From the sequence record NC_042081.1: a DNA stretch of 64,000 nucleotides; one strand, written 5' to 3'. Numbering within the stretch: the stretch's first letter is position 1; each line of letters opens with the position of its first letter. A program made the position numbers and the translations under genes. A model generated the notes under the pieces. The model was not told where the DNA came from and did no database searches. It worked only from the letters and a program-made list of their open reading frames with translations. This document shows, one piece after another, positions 48,142 through 60,024 of the stretch.

Positions 48142-48538
48142 ACCATTCTTTTTCTTGAATGGTTAGGTTTGCTCCTGATAAAACTAATGGACCAAAACTT
48201 TTTGCTTTAAATAAAACGAATGGTCGACTATTAAGATTTAATAATAGGGTATCACGAAGGATATTGGTAAGTCCATCTACGTATTGATACTTTAAACCAT
48301 AGTCTAATTTATAATGGGAATTAACCTCTGGTTGAAGAAAAGCCTTTTCTTTTTTACCAGTGATGAGATACATCCGAAGACCTTTGAATGAAAAGAAATT
48401 CTCATTATCAAGTGTGGTCTTCTTCTCTTTTCCATTAAACTGAAATAGATCAGGGAGCGGTGTATTACCGCTCTGATCTACAATGATGCTATCTACAGGA
48501 TAATTATTTTGTACCCATGGGGTTTCTGGATTATTCAT
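48098..48538 (-). CDS. Hypothetical protein (gp172-like)
   Basis: ORF track trimmed to MNNPET; couples to neighbours. Confidence 0.7.
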   Translation of the reverse strand: MNNPETPWVQNNYPVDSIIVDQSGNTPLPDLFQFNGKEKKTTLDNENFFSFKGLRMYLITGKKEKAFLQPEVNSHYKLDYGLKYQYVDGLTNILRDTLLLNLNSRPFVLFKAKSFGPLVLSGANLTIQEKEWFEIVCDVIKSIKQR

Positions 48539-49292
48539 TTGAATTAGGCTCCACCCAATGAGGATCAGGTACAGGAACAATATGCACACTGTCCTCTAGT
48601 TTATCTCGAAGATTAGGATCATCAGTCCATTGTAGAGAAAGAGTGTATCTCTCCTCTTTAGGCCGTAGTAGTAGGAATCCACGTCTTAATGTATTCCAAG
48701 ACATATTGGGCGATAGTAAACCACGCCTTTGTGTATTAGCCAATGAGGTAAGTTTCTTTTTATCCAATCCTACAAGGTTGACTGGATTATTTAAAAACTC
48801 TTCCCATAGCTTATCCCACTTCTCCTGGTTAATTCCTTCTTTCCAGAGAATATGCCTATACAGATGGGCCATTGTAGTTGTAGCTGGTTTTTGATTCTTA
48901 AAAATTTCACATTCTTCATAGGGGAAATCATTTGCAGAGCAAGTTACCTCATCTTCAGTTGGATCGATATTGATCGTATAAACTGAATCAGGTTTTGATG
49001 TACCCCAAATCAGACGTACCTCTAATGTTGCTTTAACAGGTGATAAGAAATCAATAGCTTTCTTAAAGCCATCCCAACTCATTGTATCAGCTTTAAGTGC
49101 TTTATTAAGATTACCTTTATCTGGGTTATTCTTGTTATGTGGTTTTTGAAAGTATGCATTCAAACGTTTATCCCAAGCAAACTGTGTCATATTACGCCAC
49201 AGTAGTACTTCCCGGAAAACATAACACAAAACCCCTTCTGCCTGCCTTAATCCTTTTTGAGGATCGCTTAATAAGTCTTTTACAGATTCCAT
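48531..49292 (-). CDS. Conserved protein with two tandem repeats (gp171-like)
   Basis: Internal duplication (..WDK..P....MSW..); recalled synteny. Confidence 0.85.
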   Translation of the reverse strand: MESVKDLLSDPQKGLRQAEGVLCYVFREVLLWRNMTQFAWDKRLNAYFQKPHNKNNPDKGNLNKALKADTMSWDGFKKAIDFLSPVKATLEVRLIWGTSKPDSVYTINIDPTEDEVTCSANDFPYEECEIFKNQKPATTTMAHLYRHILWKEGINQEKWDKLWEEFLNNPVNLVGLDKKKLTSLANTQRRGLLSPNMSWNTLRRGFLLLRPKEERYTLSLQWTDDPNLRDKLEDSVHIVPVPDPHWVEPNSNE

Positions 49293-49362
49293 CTTTTTTA
49301 CACCTACGGTGAATTGATAATAAACACACTTTATATTAATTTATACTTGTATAGTCTGCACC

Positions 49363-49887
49363 TCATAGTAACTTAATAATTGCTCTTGATAGTTCAATAA
49401 TATCATAGTACATTCTATCCATCTGGCGCTGATATGCTTGATGGTTAATCTGTTCAAGATATTCAGTTTGTTGCCAAATTAAGTCACGCATAGTTTCAAT
49501 AGATTTACATACATCAATAAAACTATCATTACTGTTTATAAAATATTCATCAAGGTCAATTGATTTCCTGTCGATAAACTCAGTACGACACATTTCACTA
49601 ATCTTTAGATCATCTTCATTTGCAATATGATCATTTAACCTAGTTAGAGCATCTAATAAATAACCAATACTGTAATGTCTTAGATAGACAGGAACACCTA
49701 TCATCTTCCTGATGGTCAGAGTTTTTAATTCATCCAGATTAATTAATTGCCAGAAATTATTAATAGCTTTTAATCGTTCTTCACCTGAAATAATATCTTT
49801 ATCTATCCGTTCTAATTCAGTTAGAAGTTGTTCTTTACCAACTTCCTTTTGGAAGCCCCGGAAATATTGAATAAGTTTCTTAAACAT
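49363..49887 (-). CDS. Hypothetical helical protein (174 aa, gp170-like)
   Basis: ORF track. Confidence 0.8.
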   Translation of the reverse strand: MFKKLIQYFRGFQKEVGKEQLLTELERIDKDIISGEERLKAINNFWQLINLDELKTLTIRKMIGVPVYLRHYSIGYLLDALTRLNDHIANEDDLKISEMCRTEFIDRKSIDLDEYFINSNDSFIDVCKSIETMRDLIWQQTEYLEQINHQAYQRQMDRMYYDIIELSRAIIKLL

Positions 49888-49966
49888 GATATAGGACCTA
49901 TTTTTCAGATACTTAGCATATGGTAAGTATGTTAGGTATTACTATTACTAATTAGAGGATAATAAA

Positions 49967-50482
49967 ATGTTCCATGGTGCAGATTTATCTGATGAGCCTT
50001 TAGAAAAGAAATCATCAACTACAGAAGAAAAGGTATATGCTGATCTAGAATATGAGCAGCAGATACGGTATACACAATCAGTTAAAGAGAAAGTACTAAA
50101 AGCTGTATTAGAAAATACAACTGGTAAAGTACCTACTGATAAAGAATCAGTTGATATGATTCTTAAATTAACAGATTCAATGGATAAGACAACAATTGCT
50201 AACCGTCGTATTCAAGTTGATTCTGAGGGTGCACGCTCTAACCGTGAACTTGCTGAAGGCTTTGCTGAATTCGTTAAGATGCAAATGAACCGTAATCCAT
50301 TAATACGTGATCCGAATGATGTCCCTGCAACACCACGTGAGATTCCAGATATTCCTGATGAGGAATTTGAGAATTACACTATTGAAGAAGGTGAAACTGA
50401 AATCGGTATCATCATGGAGGAATCCAATGCATTTATGGAGCGGATGGATGCTGCACGAGAAAAAGAATTAGAAAACGATTGA
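49967..50482 (+). CDS. Hypothetical acidic protein (171 aa, gp169-like)
   Basis: GAGG RBS; terminator follows. Confidence 0.85.
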   Translation: MFHGADLSDEPLEKKSSTTEEKVYADLEYEQQIRYTQSVKEKVLKAVLENTTGKVPTDKESVDMILKLTDSMDKTTIANRRIQVDSEGARSNRELAEGFAEFVKMQMNRNPLIRDPNDVPATPREIPDIPDEEFENYTIEEGETEIGIIMEESNAFMERMDAAREKELEND

Positions 50483-50491
50483 TATTAACGA

Positions 50492-50524
50492 CATATAGCC
50501 CTCCCGTAATGGGAGGGCGTTATG
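50492..50524. repeat. Conserved palindrome / bidirectional terminator, copy 3
   Basis: catata-GCCCTCCC-gtaat-GGGAGGGC-gttatg. Confidence 0.85.
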
Positions 50525-50527
50525 CAC

Positions 50528-51226
50528 TTAATACAAATCGATATCTAATACATCACCAACTGTATTTACGATTACTTCAACAGGTGGTAGCTCAATATTA
50601 CCAATTGATTTCTTAATAACATTCATTTGGTTAATAACTTGATTATGATCAGATGTTACTTTAAGAGCTAATAGTCCAATAGCAGTTAAACTTACGATTG
50701 CAGTTGAGTTATCTGAAATAGTTTCATATGCAGCTTTACCTACTTTCTTAATAGTTTTAAATAGAGTAGGTTTATTTTGACGAATTAGTTTTCGTTCTTT
50801 TGCTTTAGCTAGCTCATCATCAAATTCTTTATTAAAGCTACGGCGTTTACTCCAATCATAAACACCTGGTGAAACTTCTTCAAAATTGGAAGAGATTGCA
50901 CCAAAATCACTAGCATGGCTAAACATCCATTTAAAGATAAAGCGATTAGAAAGAACCCACGCCTGTAGATTAGTTTCTGCATCGTTGATTAGTTTAATAG
51001 CATCGCTTCCAGTAGCCACTTGGCCATTAGCTTTAACAAATAAAATCAGTCTTACAGTAGTACCATTGATTACTGTGTTATTCACATTTGCAATCCTGGT
51101 ATAAATTTCTTTAATAATTCGCTTTTGTTTATCTAAATCAGCACCATTTAAACGAATATTAAATTGACGGTCTAATACGGCCATTGCAGTTTCCTCTAGG
51201 GTTATTGTACCTAAAGTATACTGCAT
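50528..51226 (-). CDS. Early protein with a C-proximal TM helix (232 aa)
   Basis: AIVSLTAIGLLALKV hydrophobic segment. Confidence 0.8.
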   Translation of the reverse strand: MQYTLGTITLEETAMAVLDRQFNIRLNGADLDKQKRIIKEIYTRIANVNNTVINGTTVRLILFVKANGQVATGSDAIKLINDAETNLQAWVLSNRFIFKWMFSHASDFGAISSNFEEVSPGVYDWSKRRSFNKEFDDELAKAKERKLIRQNKPTLFKTIKKVGKAAYETISDNSTAIVSLTAIGLLALKVTSDHNQVINQMNVIKKSIGNIELPPVEVIVNTVGDVLDIDLY

Positions 51227-51233
51227 GACCGTA

Positions 51234-51662
51234 TTATTTTAATTTTTTACATGCTTTATAAAACCGTGTACCAACGTACAAAATAAACCCGCCAATAACA
51301 GCAACTGATGTGATTGTTTCCAGCGGCATGCGCTTAGCGGGTTCTTCAATTGGTACTGTAACAGCTGGTAATTCAATTCTTTTCTCAATAACTTTTTTAC
51401 CAGTTAACTTATAATAAACATCTGGTTCTAATGTTATCGATTCAAGAATCTGATTACTACATGGATAGCGTGTGACGCCTCCATGTCCATCTGCAACATA
51501 GAAGCTGAATGTATCGCCTACACGATGTAAGTCAACCACACTACCCATATATGTCATATGAGCTGGATAGAGTTCTGCCTTGACCTTTCCATCGTTGAAT
51601 AAGTCAATGACGGAACTCTTCTTTAGCTCACCCATTAAGTTTGCTAAAGTGAATGCCGCCAT
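51234..51662 (-). CDS. Early tail-anchored membrane protein (142 aa)
   Basis: ITSVAVIGGFILYVG followed by a basic tail. Confidence 0.8.
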   Translation of the reverse strand: MAAFTLANLMGELKKSSVIDLFNDGKVKAELYPAHMTYMGSVVDLHRVGDTFSFYVADGHGGVTRYPCSNQILESITLEPDVYYKLTGKKVIEKRIELPAVTVPIEEPAKRMPLETITSVAVIGGFILYVGTRFYKACKKLK

Positions 51663-51680
51663 TAGCGATAACCCTATTAT

Positions 51681-51887
51681 TTAATCGACTTGTTGAGCAC
51701 TATCATCAATATCGATTTTATCTAGCTCATCAGTTAGAATATCTACTTCACTGTCTAGTACCGTATCATCATCAGCTACGGTGTCATCAATAACGGTTGA
51801 TTTAGAAACGGCCTTATATAGATTAATAGCGGCAACAGCGAGGGCACCAGTTGAGATAATTGCAGCTGCGATCTTTAGTACTTTCAT
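51681..51887 (-). CDS. Early small membrane protein with an acidic tail (68 aa)
   Basis: N-terminal TM helix; Asp-rich C-terminus; AGGA RBS. Confidence 0.8.
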   Translation of the reverse strand: MKVLKIAAAIISTGALAVAAINLYKAVSKSTVIDDTVADDDTVLDSEVDILTDELDKIDIDDSAQQVD

Positions 51888-51943
51888 TTTCTATTTTTCC
51901 TAATCATTAAGTTTTAATAAGTATCCAATATAGATACATGTCT

Positions 51944-51960
51944 GTAATATAGATCTTAAA
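51944..51960 (-). promoter_or_regulatory. Early (virion RNAP) promoter
   Basis: TTTAAGATCTATATTAC. Confidence 0.8.
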
Positions 51961-51997
51961 CTTTTTTTAGTGTAATAAAAAAATTAATGCGATATAA

Positions 51998-52019
51998 ACC
52001 CCCTCCCGAAGGAGAGGGT
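51998..52019 (-). terminator. Terminator with UUCG tetraloop
   Basis: Minus strand accctctcc-ttcg-ggagggggt (G-U pair fixes the strand). Confidence 0.85.
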
Positions 52020-52029
52020 AATATGTATA

Positions 52030-52425
52030 TCAGTATTCCATCGAAGTTAATACTCGATAATGATCTAATAGTAAATCAATAACAGAGTAAAAAGAATCAC
52101 AGTTGAATTGCGTATCTATATTTGCAGATACTCCAGTAATACGATTGATAATATGGAGACACTTAATATCTCCACCACGTTGTCTGATAAAAACAACTGC
52201 CCACACTGGCCACGTACTATCTGGTGTGGTGTCTTGAATAACTAATCTGTAATACCCATCATTTACTGTTTCAATGGATGCTTGGATTGGATCATCTGTA
52301 TAAGCCGATTCTACTTGAACATATTGATCATTATAATAAAACATTTCCTTAATAAGTTTAGCACAGGCATGTAATGTCTCCATTACCTTAGCTGAACTAT
52401 TTGGATTATATTGTTGATTAAACAT
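52030..52425 (-). CDS. Hypothetical early protein (131 aa)
   Basis: GAGG RBS; own promoter and terminator. Confidence 0.8.
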   Translation of the reverse strand: MFNQQYNPNSSAKVMETLHACAKLIKEMFYYNDQYVQVESAYTDDPIQASIETVNDGYYRLVIQDTTPDSTWPVWAVVFIRQRGGDIKCLHIINRITGVSANIDTQFNCDSFYSVIDLLLDHYRVLTSMEY

Positions 52426-52459
52426 GTCATTAACCTCTTAAGATATTGTATGCATAGTA

Positions 52460-52476
52460 GTAATATATATCTTAAT
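52460..52476 (-). promoter_or_regulatory. Early (virion RNAP) promoter
   Basis: ATTAAGATATATATTAC. Confidence 0.75.
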
Positions 52477-52516
52477 TATTTTTTAGTGTAGTTGTGAAAA
52501 CTTAGAGGAATATACG

Positions 52517-52693
52517 ATGCCTAGTAAAAGTAAAAAACAACATAACTTCATGGCTGCTGTAGCCAATGATAAGAAGTTTGCTAAGAAAGTTGGTGTACCA
52601 CAATCAGTTGGTAAAGACTTTGTTGAGGCTGATAAAAATAAAAAGAGTTTTGAAAGTGTTTCACTTAATAGCACTTATAAAGATAGTTACTAA
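52517..52693 (+). CDS. Small basic protein missed by the track (58 aa, MPSKSKKQHNFMAAVANDKKFAKKVGVPQSVGKDFVEADK...)
   Basis: Manual translation; GAGG RBS; stop directly before palindrome copy 4. Confidence 0.8.
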   Translation: MPSKSKKQHNFMAAVANDKKFAKKVGVPQSVGKDFVEADKNKKSFESVSLNSTYKDSY

Positions 52694-52725
52694 TATAATG
52701 CCCTCCCATTGCGGGAGGGCTTATG
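52694..52725. repeat. Conserved palindrome / bidirectional terminator, copy 4
   Basis: tataat-GCCCTCCC-attgc-GGGAGGGC-ttatg. Confidence 0.85.
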
Positions 52726-52735
52726 TTGCTTATAA

Positions 52736-55228
52736 TTATTTTAATACTAGATTTTTATTAAATACTTCTGGAGTACTAATATTAGCTGGATCAAGTACAA
52801 TAAATTCAGCTTGGTTAAATGCACCGTGTGTTGATTCAAAGTGGCTGATGAAGAACACTTGATTAACAATGCCATTTTCAATTAACCTGTTAATGAATGG
52901 AATAGCATTGGCTCGATGTTGTTCATCAAAAGTCCTGCTAAATTCATCTAAGAAAAGGGGCATGTCATCTAGATGTAAAAATTTCAAGATAGCCATTCTA
53001 AAAGCAAAATCAACAATCTCTAATTGTGAGTCAGACCCGTATTCAATGTCCGGTGGCTGAACGTCACCACCTGCAATATGCATTGGGAACTTATAATCCA
53101 TGCCATCTTTGTCAACATTAGAAGGTAATACTTCTAACCTATAAGTCCAAATCTCATTGATGTATGCATTTACTAGTTTAACTACTCCTTGTAAGAAACC
53201 TAATAAATAGCGACCAAGAATACCACTTTTTGGTGATAATGCTTTTTCAAGAATAGCTAAATCAGTAGCCATTTGTTGTGCATGGTTAACTTCTGATTCT
53301 AAAACTTTAATACGTTCTTCATGACGTTCCATTTCACTTAAACGACTATGCACACTAGATAGTTCTAAGTTAACAGCATCAATCTCTGCTTGGTATGCCT
53401 TATCTACAAAGTTATCAGCTGTATCCACTATCTTTTTAATAAACTGCTCCCATCGTTCAATAAAAGAATGATACTTATCTTCCCATTCACGAATAGCATT
53501 ACCAGCTTTATTGAAATGAGATGCTTTTCTTTGTAAGTCAGCTGCTACATGTGTTTTATTATTAATTTCAGTTTCTAGTGCAGTTGTACGTGCCTTAATG
53601 AACCCTAATGCATCTTGATCCATCTCAGCAATAACACGTAGTCGTTGAGCTAATAAAGTAGCTTCCGCATGAGCTTGCTTAGAGACAATGAGTTGCTGCA
53701 TTGCATCTCGCCAGTCTAATGCATCATTTATATATTTTGCTGGTGTGCGATACATTACGACATGTTCAGCTACATAGTTCCATAATGTATCAAATTCGTT
53801 ATACTCTTTCGTTAATTGAACGTAGCCATGTACATAACTTACATATTCATTGAAGTCAGTCATGTACTGTTCAAGAACCTTGATCTCATTTGAACAGCTA
53901 TCCATCGCTTCATCTAACTTAGCTTTGCGCTCTTCTGCTATTGTGATATCTTGTTCACTAACACCAGGTTTAAATGAATGAGTGCATGATGGGCAAGTAA
54001 TAGATGCGCATTCCTTAAATGAATTTAGGCGTTGATTAATTTGTAAATACATGCCTTCCATGGTTGAGTATTTACTTTTTAATTCTTTTAGCCTTTCTGC
54101 ATTTTTAATAGCAGTTTCTTTACTTAAGTAACCATTCTCATTATTAGGAAATGTAGTGAGAAGTTTGATCCAACGATCTGAGAGATCAGTAAGTTTACCA
54201 GATGGATCACCGTTAACAGAAATGTCAACCAAAGGAAATCTACCGGTATACTTCTTATATTTACTAATAGCTTCTTCAGCAATGCGTGTATGATGTTCAT
54301 GTCTGTCCTTAAGTTCTTGTATTTCTTCTGGAGACATACGTTCAGCTGTATTCGGATTAGAGCTTTTTAATTCTTCTAATTCTTCAACTAAACGTGCAAT
54401 AACTGCTTGTATAGATTTATATTCTTCAATCTTCTTATTATTTAGTTCTAAGAAAGATTCATACCCATCTACTTTAACTTGAATAGGTAACATTGGAAAT
54501 GACATTAACAATGAACGAGCTTCATCTAAGATAGAATCTAATTCTTTACGTGCAGTGGTTTCATCTCTAAAATGAAGGACACCTTTCTTATCACGTGTTT
54601 TATAAAGTAAATCAATACGACTAACTAACCGTTGTTTCACTTCTTTCAACTGTGTCATTTCTGAATCATTCAATACCCCATGGTGTTCTGTGACCAATCG
54701 CTTATTAATTGTTTTAACAGTACCTTGCTGGTTAGATAATTCTTTACGTACTTTGTTATAAACATTAAATGCATAATCAAGGTTAACTACAGACATTCTA
54801 GTTAACCATGCTTTACGTTCATTAGGTTTTAACTTTGTAAAACGCATCTTACCTGTCAACATTTCATGCAGTTCTCGGTTTAACCCGAAATGCGCCATTA
54901 CAAGTTCTTCTTGTTCTTTAAAGGTATGACCACTATTTAATTCTTCATCATTACATAAAAAGGAATGATGTCCAGTGCCACGGTTATATTTAGAAATTAA
55001 TTTATAGTCTTTACCATTTGCATGACAATGGAAATGTTTCTCGCCACCTTGCTTGAAGTTTGAACTGCTAGATACAACAGGTGTCAGTTCACTAATAATA
55101 GATGATTTGCCAGAACCATTACTACCAAGTATAACCATCATCTGTTTGCTTGGAGTCCATTCAAAATAATGTGTATTATTGGCCATCAACCTAGTATAGC
55201 CAATTAGCTTAAGTAGCTTGATCTGCAT
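52736..55228 (-). CDS. sbcC: SbcC/Rad50-like ATPase (gp165-like)
   Basis: Walker A GSNGSGKS, coiled coils, CPSC zinc hook, Walker B LFLDE. Confidence 0.92.
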   Translation of the reverse strand: MQIKLLKLIGYTRLMANNTHYFEWTPSKQMMVILGSNGSGKSSIISELTPVVSSSSNFKQGGEKHFHCHANGKDYKLISKYNRGTGHHSFLCNDEELNSGHTFKEQEELVMAHFGLNRELHEMLTGKMRFTKLKPNERKAWLTRMSVVNLDYAFNVYNKVRKELSNQQGTVKTINKRLVTEHHGVLNDSEMTQLKEVKQRLVSRIDLLYKTRDKKGVLHFRDETTARKELDSILDEARSLLMSFPMLPIQVKVDGYESFLELNNKKIEEYKSIQAVIARLVEELEELKSSNPNTAERMSPEEIQELKDRHEHHTRIAEEAISKYKKYTGRFPLVDISVNGDPSGKLTDLSDRWIKLLTTFPNNENGYLSKETAIKNAERLKELKSKYSTMEGMYLQINQRLNSFKECASITCPSCTHSFKPGVSEQDITIAEERKAKLDEAMDSCSNEIKVLEQYMTDFNEYVSYVHGYVQLTKEYNEFDTLWNYVAEHVVMYRTPAKYINDALDWRDAMQQLIVSKQAHAEATLLAQRLRVIAEMDQDALGFIKARTTALETEINNKTHVAADLQRKASHFNKAGNAIREWEDKYHSFIERWEQFIKKIVDTADNFVDKAYQAEIDAVNLELSSVHSRLSEMERHEERIKVLESEVNHAQQMATDLAILEKALSPKSGILGRYLLGFLQGVVKLVNAYINEIWTYRLEVLPSNVDKDGMDYKFPMHIAGGDVQPPDIEYGSDSQLEIVDFAFRMAILKFLHLDDMPLFLDEFSRTFDEQHRANAIPFINRLIENGIVNQVFFISHFESTHGAFNQAEFIVLDPANISTPEVFNKNLVLK

Positions 55229-55277
55229 GATTAACCCTTAATAATGTCTTACTCTATAGAGTTAATAACCCTAGTAA

Positions 55278-56450
<1,173 letters not shown>

Positions 56451-56454
56451 AGAA

Positions 56455-56486
56455 CATAATGCCCTCCCACTATGGGAGGGCTTATG
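56455..56486. repeat. Conserved palindrome / bidirectional terminator, copy 5
   Basis: cataat-GCCCTCCC-actat-GGGAGGGC-ttatg. Confidence 0.85.
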
Positions 56487-56489
56487 CTG

Positions 56490-57677
56490 TTAAATACCTT
56501 CATTCTCATAATGAGTAATGCAGTGACTAACAAATGTTAACCAGACTTTAAGAGTTACTGCTAACCAATGGGTGTAGTTACCAACAGGTTCTGCTAATTT
56601 TCGGGATATCTCAGCGAGCATATTAATTGCCTCGCCATTTGCCCTTCCCAATAACTCACTACGTTCAGCTAGCTGTCGAATTGAATCATCTACAACTACC
56701 TTAACTGTTTTATATTCTACTTCGCCTTGTTTAGCACGTTCAGCGATCGTTAAAATATTAGCAATACCAGTTACAATATCACTTAGCGTAGTTACAGAAG
56801 GTACTTCTATATCTCGTTCAGTGCTATCAATTGCATTGATTTGTAACTCTGTAAATTCCATTGTAAATGTATTGCGAACCATTTCTAGTGCAGATTGTTT
56901 ATTAGTAACTGATGTAGCTATATGGTCAGCATCAGTATAAACAAATGCACGATTAGCTGGTAAAATATAACTTCTATGGGTACCAGTAGAAGTAGTCTCA
57001 CCTTTCTTTAATGGCTCATCCCCTGGCGGCGCTTTAAAATCACGACGCACTATATCGGCAAAAGATTGTAATAACTCATCAATGATTTCTGTAGTGGTAT
57101 CTTCGCCTTGATTATCTAAGATATTCAATGCTTGTCTACTAATATTTCGAGCAATATTAGAAGTCATTTTAGGATAAGTCATTAAAATATAATTAGTGAC
57201 TTCTTTGATATCTAAAAGATTATCTGGTCGATCACCAATGAATTCACCGTTAATAGATAATCGCTGTAAACCAGAAACAGTCAATCGAGTATTAGTCGTA
57301 CGATTACCTAGTTTTGCAAGTCGCCTAGATAATTTTTGCTGTGTTTTACGCACATGTGAAATACTGCCAGTAAACTTGACGTAGAATGCCGTGAGTGTTT
57401 CGATTACCATCCGCACAATATCTCGTGCAGCCTTAGCAGCTCGAACTAATGCATCTTTTAAAGCACGTAGTGTAATTATACCGCCTTCTTTTATGGAGAA
57501 GGCGGGATCGATACTTTCTAAAGCAAATGACATCGCTTTAGACAGGTCTTCAGATGCTACGTCACGTCCATCTAGCAGATCTTGATAACGAGCTAATCGA
57601 TGGCGATATGCTTCAACAGAAACAATAGCCTCTTTGAGTTCATTATTGGTAATTAATAGTTCTGCATATGTGGACAT
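56490..57677 (-). CDS. Inner-body/head ejection-type protein (395 aa, gp163-like)
   Basis: FALES processing motif; paralogous to the adjacent 522-aa protein. Confidence 0.8.
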   Translation of the reverse strand: MSTYAELLITNNELKEAIVSVEAYRHRLARYQDLLDGRDVASEDLSKAMSFALESIDPAFSIKEGGIITLRALKDALVRAAKAARDIVRMVIETLTAFYVKFTGSISHVRKTQQKLSRRLAKLGNRTTNTRLTVSGLQRLSINGEFIGDRPDNLLDIKEVTNYILMTYPKMTSNIARNISRQALNILDNQGEDTTTEIIDELLQSFADIVRRDFKAPPGDEPLKKGETTSTGTHRSYILPANRAFVYTDADHIATSVTNKQSALEMVRNTFTMEFTELQINAIDSTERDIEVPSVTTLSDIVTGIANILTIAERAKQGEVEYKTVKVVVDDSIRQLAERSELLGRANGEAINMLAEISRKLAEPVGNYTHWLAVTLKVWLTFVSHCITHYENEGI

Positions 57678-57686
57678 TATGTTTAC

Positions 57687-59255
57687 CTATTCAGTTTCCT
57701 TGATTTCACTATCAACTAGTTTCTCAAGTACGGTGATCCAGATCATCACACATTTAAACAGATCATTACTAGCTTCAGTGGTGCCAGTTAGATAAGCCTT
57801 ACCAACATTGGTTGCTTCTTTATCAGTCATCTGTGCAATGATTTCAGCAGTTGACTCTTTAGAGATACCGCGAATATTATTTAGATGATTTAGGAGGTTA
57901 TGAACTGCTTTTAGCTGAGCCATAACAACATTCTTATCAACTAATAGTTCAACAGTAATTCCATAGTTGGGTTTACCCGGTGCATCAAGAATGGAGAAGT
58001 CTACCGCAGCTTTGTCTTTACCAAAGGTATAAACACGATTACCGGGCACAACCGGGCTAGCATATCGGACACCATTAGCATTAATTTTGGTAGCTGTTCC
58101 AAACATACCTTTAGCTAAAGCCAGTGCTTTATCATCAGTTGTTTTTCCAGCTAAGGCTGCTTTAAGAGCACGCAGTCCATTCTTTTCAATGCTGTCAAAT
58201 AGATTACGGATTACAGTAACCCCCTGAACAGGGTCTACACCAACCCAACTCTCACCAGTGTCACCTAGAATCAGATCGCGTGGAATTGCGATAGTACGAA
58301 CTTCATCGGGTAGTTCATTCTCTTTAACGCGTTTCATGATCTTATTAACGCGTTCTATTTGATTACTGACATTCTGGCGAATACGTTGATAAGTTTCTAC
58401 AACAATGCGAATTAGCTTCTTAATGAAATCTAATGCAACAGTGGATACTTCTTTTGCTTTAGCCTGTAGATTATCTAATACTTCAATAGAAGCTTTAGGC
58501 CGAGTTAGCGGTGATATAAAGGATTCCATTGATGGCACAGTGCTATTAAAATATTTATAGTCGAATGACTCTAGCGCAATACTAATAGCTTTAGCTAGAT
58601 CATGATCGACATCATGACCGCGATGATGGCGGTTACTAACTAAGCCAATATAGTTTTCTAATGCAGTTTGAACAGATTCTACTTTAGTCAGTTCATTTAC
58701 AATTGTAAACATTTCAACTGATAATGATTCTAGATGATCATCTAGTTCACCAGTGATGATATCTTCAGTAGTTTCCAGTAGTGCGGTGGCATCATAGCCA
58801 TGGTCTAGCTGCTCAGTCTCATTGGCTTCCATAATGGAAACGTCTTCATTCGATGGGACATCTGCAATCTGGTGTGGTTTTTTGGTACTAACATTAAGAT
58901 CTTTAGTATCACTTACTTTAGTGATCATTTCATCAGCTGTTTCAGTGATTTCGTTTTCAACACGATCACCTTTAGCTACTTGGAATTCTTTTAGCCCTTG
59001 ACTAACATGAATCTTCTTATCATTGATCTTGTCAGCAGTTCCATCAACATCTGGACCTTTGCATACATCAATTTGGGTATTAGTAACGACATTAGTAACT
59101 TCATCAGATGGATTTACTTTACCATCTTCATCATCTTTTAATTGTTCTGGTAATTCTTTACCAACATCAAGATTGACATTCTTATCTTCAGCATCAGAAA
59201 CTCGCTCAAGACTTGCAAAGAAATCCATTGCGGGAACTGTTTTTTTCTTAGCCAT
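57687..59255 (-). CDS. Inner-body head protein with an acidic propeptide (522 aa, gp162-like)
   Basis: Multiple S/A-x-E sites (SLE, ALE, SME); GGAG RBS. Confidence 0.85.
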   Translation of the reverse strand: MAKKKTVPAMDFFASLERVSDAEDKNVNLDVGKELPEQLKDDEDGKVNPSDEVTNVVTNTQIDVCKGPDVDGTADKINDKKIHVSQGLKEFQVAKGDRVENEITETADEMITKVSDTKDLNVSTKKPHQIADVPSNEDVSIMEANETEQLDHGYDATALLETTEDIITGELDDHLESLSVEMFTIVNELTKVESVQTALENYIGLVSNRHHRGHDVDHDLAKAISIALESFDYKYFNSTVPSMESFISPLTRPKASIEVLDNLQAKAKEVSTVALDFIKKLIRIVVETYQRIRQNVSNQIERVNKIMKRVKENELPDEVRTIAIPRDLILGDTGESWVGVDPVQGVTVIRNLFDSIEKNGLRALKAALAGKTTDDKALALAKGMFGTATKINANGVRYASPVVPGNRVYTFGKDKAAVDFSILDAPGKPNYGITVELLVDKNVVMAQLKAVHNLLNHLNNIRGISKESTAEIIAQMTDKEATNVGKAYLTGTTEASNDLFKCVMIWITVLEKLVDSEIKETE

Positions 59256-59290
59256 TTTAAAACTCCGGAGTATTAAAGTTCATAAGGTTG

Positions 59291-59950
<660 letters not shown>

Positions 59951-59991
59951 TCATTCAATTGAGCACTATAGTTACTTTAAGACGAAATAAT

Positions 59992-60019
59992 AGCGGATCC
60001 ACTTTAAAGCAGATCCGCT
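59992..60019 (-). terminator. Terminator hairpin
   Basis: agcggatc...gatccgct. Confidence 0.6.
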
Positions 60020-60024
60020 TTAAA

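Noticed and set aside
52566-52862. 98-aa plus-strand ORF in the track
   Set aside because: It runs through a terminator and into sbcC; the real gene is the RBS-led 52517..52693 frame
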